From the NCBI GenBank assembly GCA_018304105.1, contig JAGVWX010000020.1:27111-91110 (forward strand): a DNA stretch of 64,000 nucleotides. Reading direction: 5' to 3'. Shown here one piece after another: positions 47,071 to 57,138 of this stretch. The position numbers were made by a program, and so were the translations under genes. Position 1 is the first letter of the stretch, and each line of letters begins with the position of its first letter. The stretch comes from Candidatus Pacearchaeota archaeon (GTDB taxonomy: Archaea; Nanobdellota; Nanobdellia; Pacearchaeales; GW2011-AR1). The notes under the pieces are model-generated. The model had not been told where the DNA came from, did not search any database, and saw only the letters and a program-made list of their open reading frames with translations.

Positions 47071-50000
47071 CACCAAAAGAAACAGACGAATCAAAGATTG
47101 AAGAAGAAATGGTCGAGGAAGAAAGCAAGAGAAGAAAAAAAGACCAGATAGGAAATGAACCCGGCATCATCGGAGCCGAAATCGTAGAAGAAATGGAAAA
47201 GTCTTACATCGACTACGCCATGTCTGTTATTGTCGACAGGGCCTTGCCTTCAGTCGAAGACGGATTAAAACCAGTTCAAAGAAGAATTCTTTATGCGATG
47301 GAAGTTCTCGGAGCGGACTACACCAAAGCCACAGTAAAATCCGCAAGAGTTGTCGGAGACGTAATTGGTAAGTATCACCCACACGGCGACTCAGCAGTCT
47401 ACGGCGCAATGGTCAGGCTTGCGCAAACTTTCTCATTAAGATATCCTTTAGTTCACGGTCAGGGAAACTTCGGAAGCATGGACGGAGACTCGGCTGCGGC
47501 AATGAGGTACTGCGTTACTGGAAATACAGTAATAGTCACAGAAAAAGGACTTGTTAAAATAAGAGAATTGTCAAAAGATGAAAACATTGAAATTAACGTC
47601 TTATCCAAGGATAAAAAAAGAAACAAGGCATCAAAATGGTTTGATTCAGGTATGCATGATACTATCAGCATCACAACAGATAAAGGATACTCTTTGACCG
47701 GAACTAAAAATCATCCAATCTTAACTTTAACTATTGACGGAGTAGGTAGGCCAGCAATGATGTGGAAACTTTTGTCAGACATTAAAAGCGGAGACATCGC
47801 TGTTATCGACAGGGCAGCAGATATTTTCTGGCCAGAAAGAGAAATTAGTTTGGAGCAGTATTATCCAGCGGTCAAAGATGGTCACGTACATCAAAAAATT
47901 CTGCCTTTGAGCTTAGGCAGGGAACTTTCTTTTATCTTGGGTTCTTTAGTTGCTGAAGGATTTATATCTGAGAATAAAATAGAATTTTGCAATAGTGACT
48001 TGGGATGGATAAACGAGTTTGAAAAAAAATGGAAAATTGTCTTTCCAGACAGCGTTTTGCACAGGTTCGAAAAAGAACCATCCAGCTACGGAAAGAAAAA
48101 ATATTTCAGGTTGGAATGTCATTCGAGATATACTTTAGAATTTTTGAGGAACATTGGGCTTCTCCCGGTAAAGTCTGCAAAGAAAACCATTCCCCACGTA
48201 GTATTCAAAGCAACATTACAAGTTACTAAAGAATTTTTGAAAGCATATTTTGAAGGTGACGGCAGTATTAGTTATGCCAATAAGATGACAGAATTAAGCT
48301 GTTGTTCTAAAAGTGAAAGATTGGTAAGTGAATTGCAGACACTTCTGCTCCGTCTTGGAATTGACGGCACAAAAAGATTCGATAAATACAAAGACATATG
48401 GAAACTTTATCTTCGCGGAAATAGAAATTTATTAAGGTTTTACAAAGAGATTGGTTTTATCTCCGAAAGAAAAAGTAAAACGCTGGAATTAGTGACTTTG
48501 GCTTCAAAACGAGAGAGTTCCATTAAGGACCATGTTCCTTACATCTCTGATTTTGTCAGGCACCTAAGCAATAACAGTTTTATTCACAAGAACAACTTTG
48601 ATAGATATGGTTCTATGCAGAAAAATTATTCTTCGGTTTGTCAAATTCTAAAAGAAGAAACCGGAACGGATTATTCTGCGGTCTTTGAATATTTCTTAAC
48701 TTATTCATATCTATTTGATAAAATTGTTGAGGTTAAAGAAACAGGGAAGCAAAGAGTTTATTCAATAAAAGTAGAAAGCGATTGTCATTCTTTTGTTTCT
48801 AATGGCTTTATTAGCCATAATACAGAAGCAAAGCTAAGCAAAATATCTTCAGAGCTTCTTGGCGACTTGGACAAAGAAACAGTCAACATGCTTCCAAATT
48901 TCGACAACACTTTGAAAGAGCCAGAAACTCTTCCTGCGAAACTTCCAAATCTTTTATTGAACGGCGCAACAGGAATCGCAGTCGGAATGGCAACAAATAT
49001 TCCTCCGCACAATTTAACAGAGTTATGCGACGCAATCACAGAGTATATTAACAAGCCGCAGATTACTGTTGACGAACTCGCTGAAATTGTCACAGGCCCA
49101 GATTTTCCAACCGGCGGAGTCGCTTCCGGCCCAGGCATCAAGGAAATGTACAAAACAGGCAAAGGCAGAGTTGTCATGCGAGCAAATCACGTTATTGAAG
49201 AAAACAAAGGAAAAGAATCAATTGTCGTGACAGAAATTCCTTACATGGTTAACAAAGCCGAGCTTGTAAAAGACATCGCGAGATTAGTGACTGAAAAGAA
49301 ACTTCTCGACATCGCAGACTTGAGAGATGAATCCGCGAAAGGCAAAGTCAGAATTGTTATCGAATTAAAAAAAGGAGTGACTCCAAAATACACAATAAAC
49401 AAACTTTACAAATTAACAAACCTTCAGACTAATTTTGATGCAAACATTATCGCTTTAGTTGGAAAGCAGCCAAGAACTCTCAACCTAAAAGACATAATAG
49501 GGGAATACGTCAAATACAGAGCGAAGACGGTCACGAAAAGAACAAAATTTGAATTAAGGAAAGCCGAAGACAGATTGGAAATAGTTATTGGTTTGATTAT
49601 TGCGTTAAACCAAATAGACAAAATTGTTGATTTCATTAAGAAGAGCAAGAACGCCGCCGAAGCTCACGAAGGCTTGATGAGCAAATTTAATCTCACAACA
49701 AGGCAGGCAAAAGCCGTTCTTGAAACAAAACTCCAGCAATTAACATCTATGGAGTCCCAGAAACTCAAGGATGAGGAAAAGAAACTAAAAGAAACAATTG
49801 AATATCTAAAGAACTTGCTTGGCAGCGAGCAGGAAATTTTGAGAGTAATCAAGAAAGAAGTTTCAGACATAAAGAAAGAATACGGCGACAGCAGAAGGAC
49901 AAAAATCTTGAAGAGGGTTGAAGAGCTTTCCGAAAAAGATCTCATTGAGAAAAAAGATGTCGTTGTTACAATAACCAAGACAGGTTATATCAAGAGAGTA

Positions 50001-50915
50001 GACGTAAAGCTTTACAAAGAGCAAAAGCGCGGAGGCACTGGTTCAATCGGAACCGATTTGAAAGATGAAGATTTCGTAGTCCACTTGCTGACTTGTTCAA
50101 CACATGATACTTTGCTTTTCTTCACAACTCGTGGAAGAGTCTTCTGGCTTAAAGCAAACGACGTTCCCGACGCAACAAGGCAAAGCAAAGGAAGAGCCCT
50201 CGCAAACCTTTTCAATCTCCGAGAAGAAGAAGTCGTAGACGTTAGAAACATCAAGAACTTTGAGCAAGGTTTCTTAATCTTCTGCACAAAGAAAGGAATC
50301 GTCAAAAAACTTATTCTCAAAGACCTTGCAAAGCCTCGCTCAACCGGAGTCAGAGTTATGAACTTGCCTGCAGACGGTTCCGATTTGATAATCGACGTTA
50401 AATACATCGAAGATGGCCAGGAAGTTTTGCTGATAAAGAAAAAAGGAAACGCAGTAAGATTCAACTCCAACGAAGTAAGGCCTATGGGCCGTTCAAGTTA
50501 CGGAGTCAAAGGCGCAGACCTTTCGGCAAGCGACGAAGTCGTCTCTCTCGAAGTCATTCCAAAGAAAGGAGAAATAACCGTCTTAACAATCACTGAAAAA
50601 GGTTACGGAAAGCGCTCCGCTCTTGAGGAATATAGAAGGACAGCCCGCGGAAGCAAAGGCGTAATAAACTTAAAGATTTCAGACAAAACAGGAAACATTG
50701 TCAAATCTCTTTCAGTCGACGATAAAGATTCTGTAATCGCGACAACAACAAAAGGCACAGCCATCCGCGTAGGAATGAAAGACCTTAGAGTAATGGGCCG
50801 CGCAACCCAAGGCGTCCACGTAATCAAAATCAAAGAAGGCGACAAGGTCGCAGACATAGTTAAAGTCCCAAGAGACGACGACTTGGAAAAAACAGATTTA
50901 AGGGATTTTGCTTAA
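47067..50915 (+). CDS. gyrA: DNA gyrase subunit A (intein-containing)
   Basis: [48 protein letters not shown], GyrA box QKRGGTG. Confidence 0.96.
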   Translation: MTPKETDESKIEEEMVEEESKRRKKDQIGNEPGIIGAEIVEEMEKSYIDYAMSVIVDRALPSVEDGLKPVQRRILYAMEVLGADYTKATVKSARVVGDVIGKYHPHGDSAVYGAMVRLAQTFSLRYPLVHGQGNFGSMDGDSAAAMRYCVTGNTVIVTEKGLVKIRELSKDENIEINVLSKDKKRNKASKWFDSGMHDTISITTDKGYSLTGTKNHPILTLTIDGVGRPAMMWKLLSDIKSGDIAVIDRAADIFWPEREISLEQYYPAVKDGHVHQKILPLSLGRELSFILGSLVAEGFISENKIEFCNSDLGWINEFEKKWKIVFPDSVLHRFEKEPSSYGKKKYFRLECHSRYTLEFLRNIGLLPVKSAKKTIPHVVFKATLQVTKEFLKAYFEGDGSISYANKMTELSCCSKSERLVSELQTLLLRLGIDGTKRFDKYKDIWKLYLRGNRNLLRFYKEIGFISERKSKTLELVTLASKRESSIKDHVPYISDFVRHLSNNSFIHKNNFDRYGSMQKNYSSVCQILKEETGTDYSAVFEYFLTYSYLFDKIVEVKETGKQRVYSIKVESDCHSFVSNGFISHNTEAKLSKISSELLGDLDKETVNMLPNFDNTLKEPETLPAKLPNLLLNGATGIAVGMATNIPPHNLTELCDAITEYINKPQITVDELAEIVTGPDFPTGGVASGPGIKEMYKTGKGRVVMRANHVIEENKGKESIVVTEIPYMVNKAELVKDIARLVTEKKLLDIADLRDESAKGKVRIVIELKKGVTPKYTINKLYKLTNLQTNFDANIIALVGKQPRTLNLKDIIGEYVKYRAKTVTKRTKFELRKAEDRLEIVIGLIIALNQIDKIVDFIKKSKNAAEAHEGLMSKFNLTTRQAKAVLETKLQQLTSMESQKLKDEEKKLKETIEYLKNLLGSEQEILRVIKKEVSDIKKEYGDSRRTKILKRVEELSEKDLIEKKDVVVTITKTGYIKRVDVKLYKEQKRGGTGSIGTDLKDEDFVVHLLTCSTHDTLLFFTTRGRVFWLKANDVPDATRQSKGRALANLFNLREEEVVDVRNIKNFEQGFLIFCTKKGIVKKLILKDLAKPRSTGVRVMNLPADGSDLIIDVKYIEDGQEVLLIKKKGNAVRFNSNEVRPMGRSSYGVKGADLSASDEVVSLEVIPKKGEITVLTITEKGYGKRSALEEYRRTARGSKGVINLKISDKTGNIVKSLSVDDKDSVIATTTKGTAIRVGMKDLRVMGRATQGVHVIKIKEGDKVADIVKVPRDDDLEKTDLRDFA
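47511..48821 (+). mobile_element. GyrA intein (437 aa) with LAGLIDADG endonuclease
   Basis: CVTGNT...GTKNHP...ILGSLVAEG...[10 protein letters not shown]...[13 protein letters not shown], inserted right after the catalytic Tyr. Confidence 0.93.
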
Positions 50916-51251
50916 CTATTTTCCGCGTGGAGATAAATCCAAATTCGCGTCACCAAAATCTACTTCAACATAAATCGGGTCAGAATCTTTAAGCAAAGCA
51001 TAACTAATGAATCTTGCACCGCCAATTTGGCTTTGAGATTCTCTTCGCAAAACGACGCCATCAGTGTAATTTCTCATAACATTGCCATCAACTATTTTTC
51101 CAGGCGCCAGATTACAAACTCTTATTCCCAGTCCCGTTTCAAAACGTTGCCTTACCTGCGTAACAGTTGTGTCTCTTTCCTGTGGAAAAGTCTGATTTTC
51201 AAAAGCAGTTATTCTTTGCTGTTCTGCTGGCATGTATTTGTGTGCAAACAT
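50916..51251 (-). CDS. Hypothetical protein
   Basis: 111 aa, directly downstream of the Tyr-rich gene. Confidence 0.55.
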   Translation of the reverse strand: MFAHKYMPAEQQRITAFENQTFPQERDTTVTQVRQRFETGLGIRVCNLAPGKIVDGNVMRNYTDGVVLRRESQSQIGGARFISYALLKDSDPIYVEVDFGDANLDLSPRGK

Positions 51252-51254
51252 TTT

Positions 51255-51737
51255 TTACCAGTAACTCGTCCTCTGATTGTTATAATTATAATTTCCGTAA
51301 TTACTTCCATAATTCCCATAACCGCCGTAATTGCCATAATTGTTCCCATAACTATTATACATTGGGTAATTCCCGTAATTGTTATAGCTCGGAGTAAAAC
51401 TCAAAGGATAACTTTGATAATTCCCATAACCCATATAACCCCGAGTGTATGTTGGATAAGACGGAGTTTGTCGCTTCACTGTAACATAACTTGTTCTGTC
51501 AACCCAAGAGTTGCCGTCCCAAAACTTCTCGCTAACTTTGTCATAGTTTGTCGTAGTGGTCGTCCTAGGCCCATAATAACTTCCAGTAGTCTTTGCTGTG
51601 AAAGAATGATAAGCGTCATAATTATCCCGCCCATAGGAAGGGTCAAAACGGCCGCCGTAATAAGCAGCAGAACTAAAACTTATAAGTGCAACCAGGAAAA
51701 ACATTCCTAAAACAAGCAACCCAATTGATTTCTTCAT
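51255..51737 (-). CDS. Secreted Tyr/Gly/Asn-rich low-complexity protein
   Basis: Signal peptide; C-terminal NYG repeats. Confidence 0.75.
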   Translation of the reverse strand: MKKSIGLLVLGMFFLVALISFSSAAYYGGRFDPSYGRDNYDAYHSFTAKTTGSYYGPRTTTTTNYDKVSEKFWDGNSWVDRTSYVTVKRQTPSYPTYTRGYMGYGNYQSYPLSFTPSYNNYGNYPMYNSYGNNYGNYGGYGNYGSNYGNYNYNNQRTSYW

Positions 51738-51801
51738 CCAACTCCGAGAAGAAAGAAATATATAAATGTTTCGTTATAACTGTCACTAACAAATTACTAC
51801 A

Positions 51802-51862
51802 TCTTCGTGAGTCCTAGCGAGCAAACCCGCAGGCGAAGCCGAGGAGTTGCGCAGCACCGAGG
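51802..51862. repeat. GC-rich irregular stem-loop (REP-like) in AT-rich intergenic DNA
   Basis: TCTTCGTG...GCAA..GGC-GAA-GCC..TTGC...CACCGAGGA nested pairing. Confidence 0.45.
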
Positions 51863-52011
51863 AGCGAAAATAATAATAGCTTCAATTTACAGATTAAATT
51901 AATAATACCTTATAACAAACTCTTAAACATTCTGAGCCCACCCTATTCATCCACCCAGAAACGCCCCAAGCTTATCGTTATATTATTTATTACAGAATAT
52001 TTTAGCTATTT

Positions 52012-52539
52012 CTAAAATCTCCAATTATAAGTCTGAGTTGCGTAATCGTATCTTGGTTCATAGTAATAATAATTGTAACCCATAACCTCTTCGTTATCAA
52101 TCCTCGGGTCAAACGCCTGTTTATATCTCCAGTCGGAAGGCGATGTTGCGCTCTTGTCTCCATAATGATAATAGAACGCGTCTCCTGACGACCTTCCCGC
52201 CTGAATGTTGTATCTCGCATCATAAGAATCAGTTACCCAAACCACCGCCCGAGCTCTTTGCACTTCTTCTCTCCATCCGTCGCCATTCTCAACCCACTCG
52301 CATACTTTGTCAGTTCTCAATTTTAGTGCGCCGTTGTCCCAATACTTGCACGAGCTATCGTAATCATATACATAATTCCCATATCTGTAAGGAGAGCTTC
52401 CAAATCCAGCAGATAATCTAGTTCCATACATAGGTGAATAATCATAATATGTGTAAGCAGACACGCTCGCACTCTGCATCAAAGTCAAGACTAAAATTCC
52501 CGCACACAACGCTAAAAAGATTTTATTTTGGATTTTCAT
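52012..52539 (-). CDS. Secreted Tyr-rich protein
   Basis: Signal peptide; YYYY tracts; ends YNWRF. Confidence 0.75.
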   Translation of the reverse strand: MKIQNKIFLALCAGILVLTLMQSASVSAYTYYDYSPMYGTRLSAGFGSSPYRYGNYVYDYDSSCKYWDNGALKLRTDKVCEWVENGDGWREEVQRARAVVWVTDSYDARYNIQAGRSSGDAFYYHYGDKSATSPSDWRYKQAFDPRIDNEEVMGYNYYYYEPRYDYATQTYNWRF

Positions 52540-52910
52540 CTCGTTCCTTCTCCTTGCGTCTCGCCGAAAAGAGCTTCTATTTCCAGATATCTGGCAACAC
52601 CTTCAGATGTTAAGGAAACAATTCTGAATCGGCTATCTCTAGCATCCAATCTTTTATTTACCAAGCCTACCTTAAATTGATTAGAAACTGCAGCAGAAAT
52701 TCTTGGAACGGAGTCGTATTGTGAATCGCGAACAATATCTTCAAAAGAAACCTCCCCTATTCCTTTTTTTCTTTTCATTCCAATGTAAACAAGGCAGTCT
52801 AATTCCATCCTAGACATTCCGGTTCTCTCTAAATATTCATAAAGTCTCTTTTCTTGTTCCAAATATGTTCTTAGCCTATCTGTCGCTTCTGCTCTTATTT
52901 GTTTGCTCAT
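52536..52910 (-). CDS. MarR-like winged-helix regulator
   Basis: Likely start MSKQ; GLVNKRLDARDSRFRIVSLTSEG; upstream inverted repeat GTAACT-N7-AGTTAC (52951-52969). Confidence 0.75.
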   Translation of the reverse strand: MSKQIRAEATDRLRTYLEQEKRLYEYLERTGMSRMELDCLVYIGMKRKKGIGEVSFEDIVRDSQYDSVPRISAAVSNQFKVGLVNKRLDARDSRFRIVSLTSEGVARYLEIEALFGETQGEGTR

Positions 52911-53063
52911 CTCTCCCCGAATCCTAAAACCTATATAAACCTTTCCGTTTGTAACTACTACAAAGTTACTTACAATCCTCAGACATCTCATCCGCAGAAA
53001 AATATCTCGTCTAAAACAAGTCCCGATAAACTTTAAAAACTAACAATTGTAATTCTTTTGAAT

Positions 53064-53135
53064 GCCTCGGTAGTTTAGTGGCTAGAACACGACCCTGTCG
53101 CGGTCGAGGTCCGAGTTCGATTCTCGGTCGGGGCG
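53064..53135 (+). tRNA. tRNA-Asp(GTC)
   Basis: GCCTCGG/TCGGGGC+G, anticodon arm CGACC-CTGTCGC-GGTCG, GTTCGATT. Confidence 0.95.
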
Positions 53136-53315
53136 GATTTTTGGGCTGCAAGCCCAAAGCTTTGGCACTGAATCGAACGAGGATAGAGTGAGATTGAGGT
53201 CGGGGCGGATTTTTGGGCTGCAAGCCCAAAGCTTTGGCACTGAATCGAACGAGGATAGAGTGAGATTGAGGTCGGGGCGGATTTGGGCTGAAAGCCCAAC
53301 GATTCGTGAGAATCG
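53126..53315 (+). repeat. tRNA-linked tandem repeat: two identical 72-bp units plus a diverged partial third
   Basis: Units start at 53126, 53198 and 53270 with the last 10 nt of the tRNA (GGTCGGGGCG) and carry the hairpin TTTGGGCT-GCA-AGCCCAAA. Confidence 0.92.
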
Positions 53316-53404
53316 AGCATGGATATAATTCGATTCTCTTTTTCATTAATCCACTTATCAGAAAATTCATTAATCTTATAAATTCAGAATTCTAGGCTTA
53401 ACAC

Positions 53405-53917
53405 ATGAAGACAAAAATAACCTTAGCAATTCTTATTGTACTTTTCGTAGTTAGCTTCGTGTATTTTATTAGAATAAACCAAAACAGTTACACGGCAAAT
53501 GAAGATTCATCTGGCAATATTGCTGGCCAAATTCAAGAATCAACAACATCTTCAGGCACAAACAACAACACACAAACACAAAACTCAAACAATAAAATCT
53601 CTCTGTCTGAACTATCTAAACACAACTCAAGAGAAGATTGCTGGGTCGCCTATGACGGAAAAGTCTATGACATAACTTCCTACTTGCCTCGTCATCCTAG
53701 TTCTGCTGGAAAAATTTTGCCTTATTGCGGTTCAGCAGACGCATTTGCGCAAGCATTCACAAAACAGCATGGAACTTCAAAAGTCAGCATGCTCCTGAAA
53801 GTCGGAACATTTATCGGAGACTTCGATGTGATTGGAAACCTCGAGAACTCAACAGCAAATCCTGCATATGCCGATGCGCAAGACGCGGAGGACGAGATTG
53901 GAGAGGAAGACGATTAA
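53405..53917 (+). CDS. Membrane-anchored cytochrome b5-like heme/steroid-binding protein
   Basis: ELSKHNSREDCWVAYDGKVYDITSYLPRHP...CG...F.KQH. Confidence 0.85.
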   Translation: MKTKITLAILIVLFVVSFVYFIRINQNSYTANEDSSGNIAGQIQESTTSSGTNNNTQTQNSNNKISLSELSKHNSREDCWVAYDGKVYDITSYLPRHPSSAGKILPYCGSADAFAQAFTKQHGTSKVSMLLKVGTFIGDFDVIGNLENSTANPAYADAQDAEDEIGEEDD

Positions 53918-53918
53918 A

Positions 53919-54308
53919 ATGGAAAAATATGCCAAACCACTTTTGCGGATAGCTATGAGCCTTATTTTTCTTTACTTCGGGTTTCAGCAAGTCAGCTCGC
54001 CAGACGCCTGGGCTGGATTCGTCCCGGAGTTTTTGACAAGCGCAATAATAACTGCAAATAACATTGTAATATTCAACGGTATTCTAGAACTATCTCTTGG
54101 CCTGTTCATGCTCCTCGGATTATATACACGATTCGCTTCTTTGATTCTCGCGCTTCACCTATTCGGAATCGCATTTTCTATAGGGCTTAATCCTCTCGGC
54201 GTAAGAGACTTCGGTCTTTCGTTCGCAACATTGGTCGTATTTCTTAACGGCCCAGACGAATATACATTGGATTTTAAGTTAGCAAAGAAGAATAAAAAAG
54301 CAGATTAA
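53919..54308 (+). CDS. DoxX family membrane protein
   Basis: LLRIAMSLIFLYFG, GILEL, VRDFGL. Confidence 0.85.
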   Translation: MEKYAKPLLRIAMSLIFLYFGFQQVSSPDAWAGFVPEFLTSAIITANNIVIFNGILELSLGLFMLLGLYTRFASLILALHLFGIAFSIGLNPLGVRDFGLSFATLVVFLNGPDEYTLDFKLAKKNKKAD

Positions 54309-55159
54309 GAATTGCCCTTGTGCGGAATTATTTTTCCTTCCTGCCAATCTCTCAAAATTCTTCTTGCAGTTCTCTCCGTGTCAACCTCGCCTTTTTTCTT
54401 TAAAAAATTCCACTTTTCGCCCAGCGTCTGAAGAAGAACATCAACGTCTTCATGAGAATTCACCCCATAAAACTTATCAAAAACTCTCGGTTCTTCTTTC
54501 ATTATCTCATTCAAAGTAAAGTCCGGATATTTTACTTTGTTGTAATCTCTCGCTCCGATTTCAGTTTGCTTCTTCACTATTTTTTCATTAATCGAATTCT
54601 CTTCTCCTCCGGTTATAACTCCTGGAGAATCTAAAATGTAAACACCATTTCTAAATTTAATCTTCTGAATATTTCTTGTAAAGCCTGCATTAGGAGAAAT
54701 CCCCGCTCTTCGCCCGGCGCAAAGAACATTTATCAGCGAGCTCTTTCCCGTATTGGGATAGCCAATCACTCCAACAATAACTTTCTTTTTTTTGAATCGC
54801 GACGCTTCAACAGCAATAAGTTCTCTCAATCTTGAGCGCCCAACTCGCCCCCTCGCCGAAAACAAAACATAAGGCTCAATCTTCGTCAAGTCATAATTCA
54901 TTTTCAGCTCTTTTATCTCTATCAAATCCGCCTTCGTCAGAACAAACACAAGCCTCTTTCCTTTTCTTCTCACTTCCTTTTCCAGCTCTGCATTCCGCGT
55001 CTTGTCAACGAATCTCGCGTCAAGCACTTCCAGAATCACATCTGATTGCTCAATCACATCTCGCGCCATGTTAGTGAACGACACGCTATGCTGATTGGTC
55101 ATCGGCGATTTGTGGAACTTCTGCGTGAACTTCGAGGAAAAATTATACTTTACTCTCAT
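54305..55159 (-). CDS. Circularly permuted GTPase (YlqF/RbgA family)
   Basis: EVLDAR, TKADL, GYPNTGKSSLIN, DSPG, ILRDWQEG. Confidence 0.92.
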   Translation of the reverse strand: MRVKYNFSSKFTQKFHKSPMTNQHSVSFTNMARDVIEQSDVILEVLDARFVDKTRNAELEKEVRRKGKRLVFVLTKADLIEIKELKMNYDLTKIEPYVLFSARGRVGRSRLRELIAVEASRFKKKKVIVGVIGYPNTGKSSLINVLCAGRRAGISPNAGFTRNIQKIKFRNGVYILDSPGVITGGEENSINEKIVKKQTEIGARDYNKVKYPDFTLNEIMKEEPRVFDKFYGVNSHEDVDVLLQTLGEKWNFLKKKGEVDTERTARRILRDWQEGKIIPHKGNS

Positions 55160-55196
55160 CTTAGAACTAATTGGTTGCTGTTTTTAAATTCCTCTC

Positions 55197-55748
55197 TTAC
55201 TTAATTCCAGTCTTAATCCCGAAGTTTACGCTTCCTTCAACTTCTTGAGTCGGTGGCCCGGTTTCGTTTGGCGGCACTGTTGGCAACTCGCTATCATTAT
55301 TTTCTTCTTCGTCTTCATCATCCGTATTTTCTGAGTTATCTTGGTCATTATTCTGCTGATTTGAATTATTGTTCTCATTAGAGTTCTGATTTTGATTGGA
55401 ATTTCCATTCAGATGCACAATCGAGTCGCTTGCCTGCCCGGAATTCGAAGAAGGCGAACCATCTTGCTCTTCCCCCAGGCTTATTGGTTCATAGCCATAC
55501 TTTTTTAATTTATCATTTACATACCTGTAAACATTCGAATCGTCGGCTCCTTCTTTCCCAGAAGATGCTGGGGTTACAACATCTTTTTGTCTCGCCTCGC
55601 TCGGCAGAGTTTGTCCCGCAAATTCCTTGCTGATTTCCCCGCGATTCCCTCCAAATAATAAAAACTGCAAAGAAACCAAATTAAAAAGGAAGATAACCGA
55701 TGCTAAAACTAAAAGCAGCTTCACGTCTTTTTTGGCTCTTTTACTCAT
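55197..55748 (-). CDS. Membrane-anchored low-complexity (Asn/Asp/Glu-rich) protein
   Basis: N-terminal TM, acidic tail. Confidence 0.65.
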   Translation of the reverse strand: MSKRAKKDVKLLLVLASVIFLFNLVSLQFLLFGGNRGEISKEFAGQTLPSEARQKDVVTPASSGKEGADDSNVYRYVNDKLKKYGYEPISLGEEQDGSPSSNSGQASDSIVHLNGNSNQNQNSNENNNSNQQNNDQDNSENTDDEDEEENNDSELPTVPPNETGPPTQEVEGSVNFGIKTGIK

Positions 55749-55796
55749 TTTCTTGCAACCTAAAGCCGATTTAAATTCATATATAGCCTAAGAAAT

Positions 55797-56894
55797 CTAT
55801 TTTCCACCAGTCAAATCACAGGTTTTTACTGCAATTTCATTCGGTTTTGTCAAGGCTCGAGTCCGAAAATATTCAATGGCCTTTCTGCCAATCACGTTTT
55901 GGTTTTCAAGATATTCTTCTATCAAGGAAGACATCCGAATCTTATATTTTACATAAGGGGTTATCGGTCTCAGAAGCCAGGGGAATCTATCGAAGAAACT
56001 AATCAAAGCCTTCAATTTTTTGTTCCCGGTTTCCATCATGTATCTTTCCCCGACTCTCTTGATTTTTGTTTGAAAAGCAATCTGGTCCACAGTGTCTAAT
56101 GCGTAACCTCTCAGCGTCTCTGGCTTAAGGTTCTGCTTGACCAAGTATGCGTTTCCGCTAACAACATTGCTCCAGAACTCCCTAAAGTTTTTTCCTCTTG
56201 CCAAAGTGTAACCGCTCAGCCCAGCATCTCCAAAGTGCCCATCACTGCTTGAAGTCATTCCTTTTCCAAGCAGTTTCGCCAGAAATTCTCCAGCCAGATT
56301 TTCATACAGGGCGCGATTGCTATTTGAAACTTCTATGACTGGAAAAAGTTTGCCATATTTCAGAATCGCCGTAAAATTTTTCTCGCTTATGCTGCGCTCT
56401 TGGTCCATTTCAAACCAAAGCGGATGATTGTACTGAAACATCAATTTATTCCTGGCGCAATATCCAACAAACAAAACAACGTCCTCTTTCAGCATCTTAA
56501 GTTTTTCAAAATCTTTTCTGGTAAGCCTGTAAACATTAACATGAATCACATGTCCAAGATTTTTATCGTTCAATGTGAACTCAGTCCCCGGAACAAACTT
56601 TCTTAAAAGTTCTGGGCGATTCTTCAGCGTTTCAGCAACAATCTCGTTTTGAGTGTACTCGTTGTGGTCCGTGATTGTAACATAACTCATTCCTCGTTTA
56701 AGCCCTGCAAAGAAGATGCTCACAGGATTAAATTCCGGTCTTTCTTTTACATCACGCGAATAAAAAGAATGCGCATGCCCATCCCAGGCCATCAGCTCGC
56801 CGTCTTTCAATCTCTTTCGGGCAGCATGCGGACTTTCTCTCACACGAGAGTCATAATAAAATTTGTCCCCCCTTTCATCGATAAATGAAGTCAT
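55797..56894 (-). CDS. PHP-domain protein
   Basis: DGHAHS, ITDHN, GTE, NHP, SSDGH; likely start MTSF. Confidence 0.82.
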   Translation of the reverse strand: MTSFIDERGDKFYYDSRVRESPHAARKRLKDGELMAWDGHAHSFYSRDVKERPEFNPVSIFFAGLKRGMSYVTITDHNEYTQNEIVAETLKNRPELLRKFVPGTEFTLNDKNLGHVIHVNVYRLTRKDFEKLKMLKEDVVLFVGYCARNKLMFQYNHPLWFEMDQERSISEKNFTAILKYGKLFPVIEVSNSNRALYENLAGEFLAKLLGKGMTSSSDGHFGDAGLSGYTLARGKNFREFWSNVVSGNAYLVKQNLKPETLRGYALDTVDQIAFQTKIKRVGERYMMETGNKKLKALISFFDRFPWLLRPITPYVKYKIRMSSLIEEYLENQNVIGRKAIEYFRTRALTKPNEIAVKTCDLTGGK

Positions 56895-57138
56895 CAGGAA
56901 AATATATGAAATTGCTTTCTTAAAGCTTTTGTTAACAATTATTTTCAATAACATTGCGCAAACAGTCGGATAAGTTGTAAAATCTTTTCTTTGCAGCAAA
57001 AAATTTTTGATTATTAGTGTTAAATTTTATTTTTATAATTTGTCGTCGGAAAAAATTTCGCGCTCACATCACAAAATCCGCAACGAGACGCTTCAGGACA
57101 AAGCTTAAATACGTCCATGAGTTAAATTAAACATAGAG

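Noticed and set aside
51027..51710. 227-aa plus-strand ORF
   Set aside because: Antisense shadow of the low-complexity Tyr/Asn-rich gene
53126..53315. Possible CRISPR array
   Set aside because: The sequences between hairpins are identical rather than unique spacers, the unit starts inside a tRNA, and no cas genes are in the window
53011..53370. ORFs with repeated peptides over the tRNA-Asp region; likewise ORFs at 10707-10938
   Set aside because: They are translations of tRNA genes and their repeats
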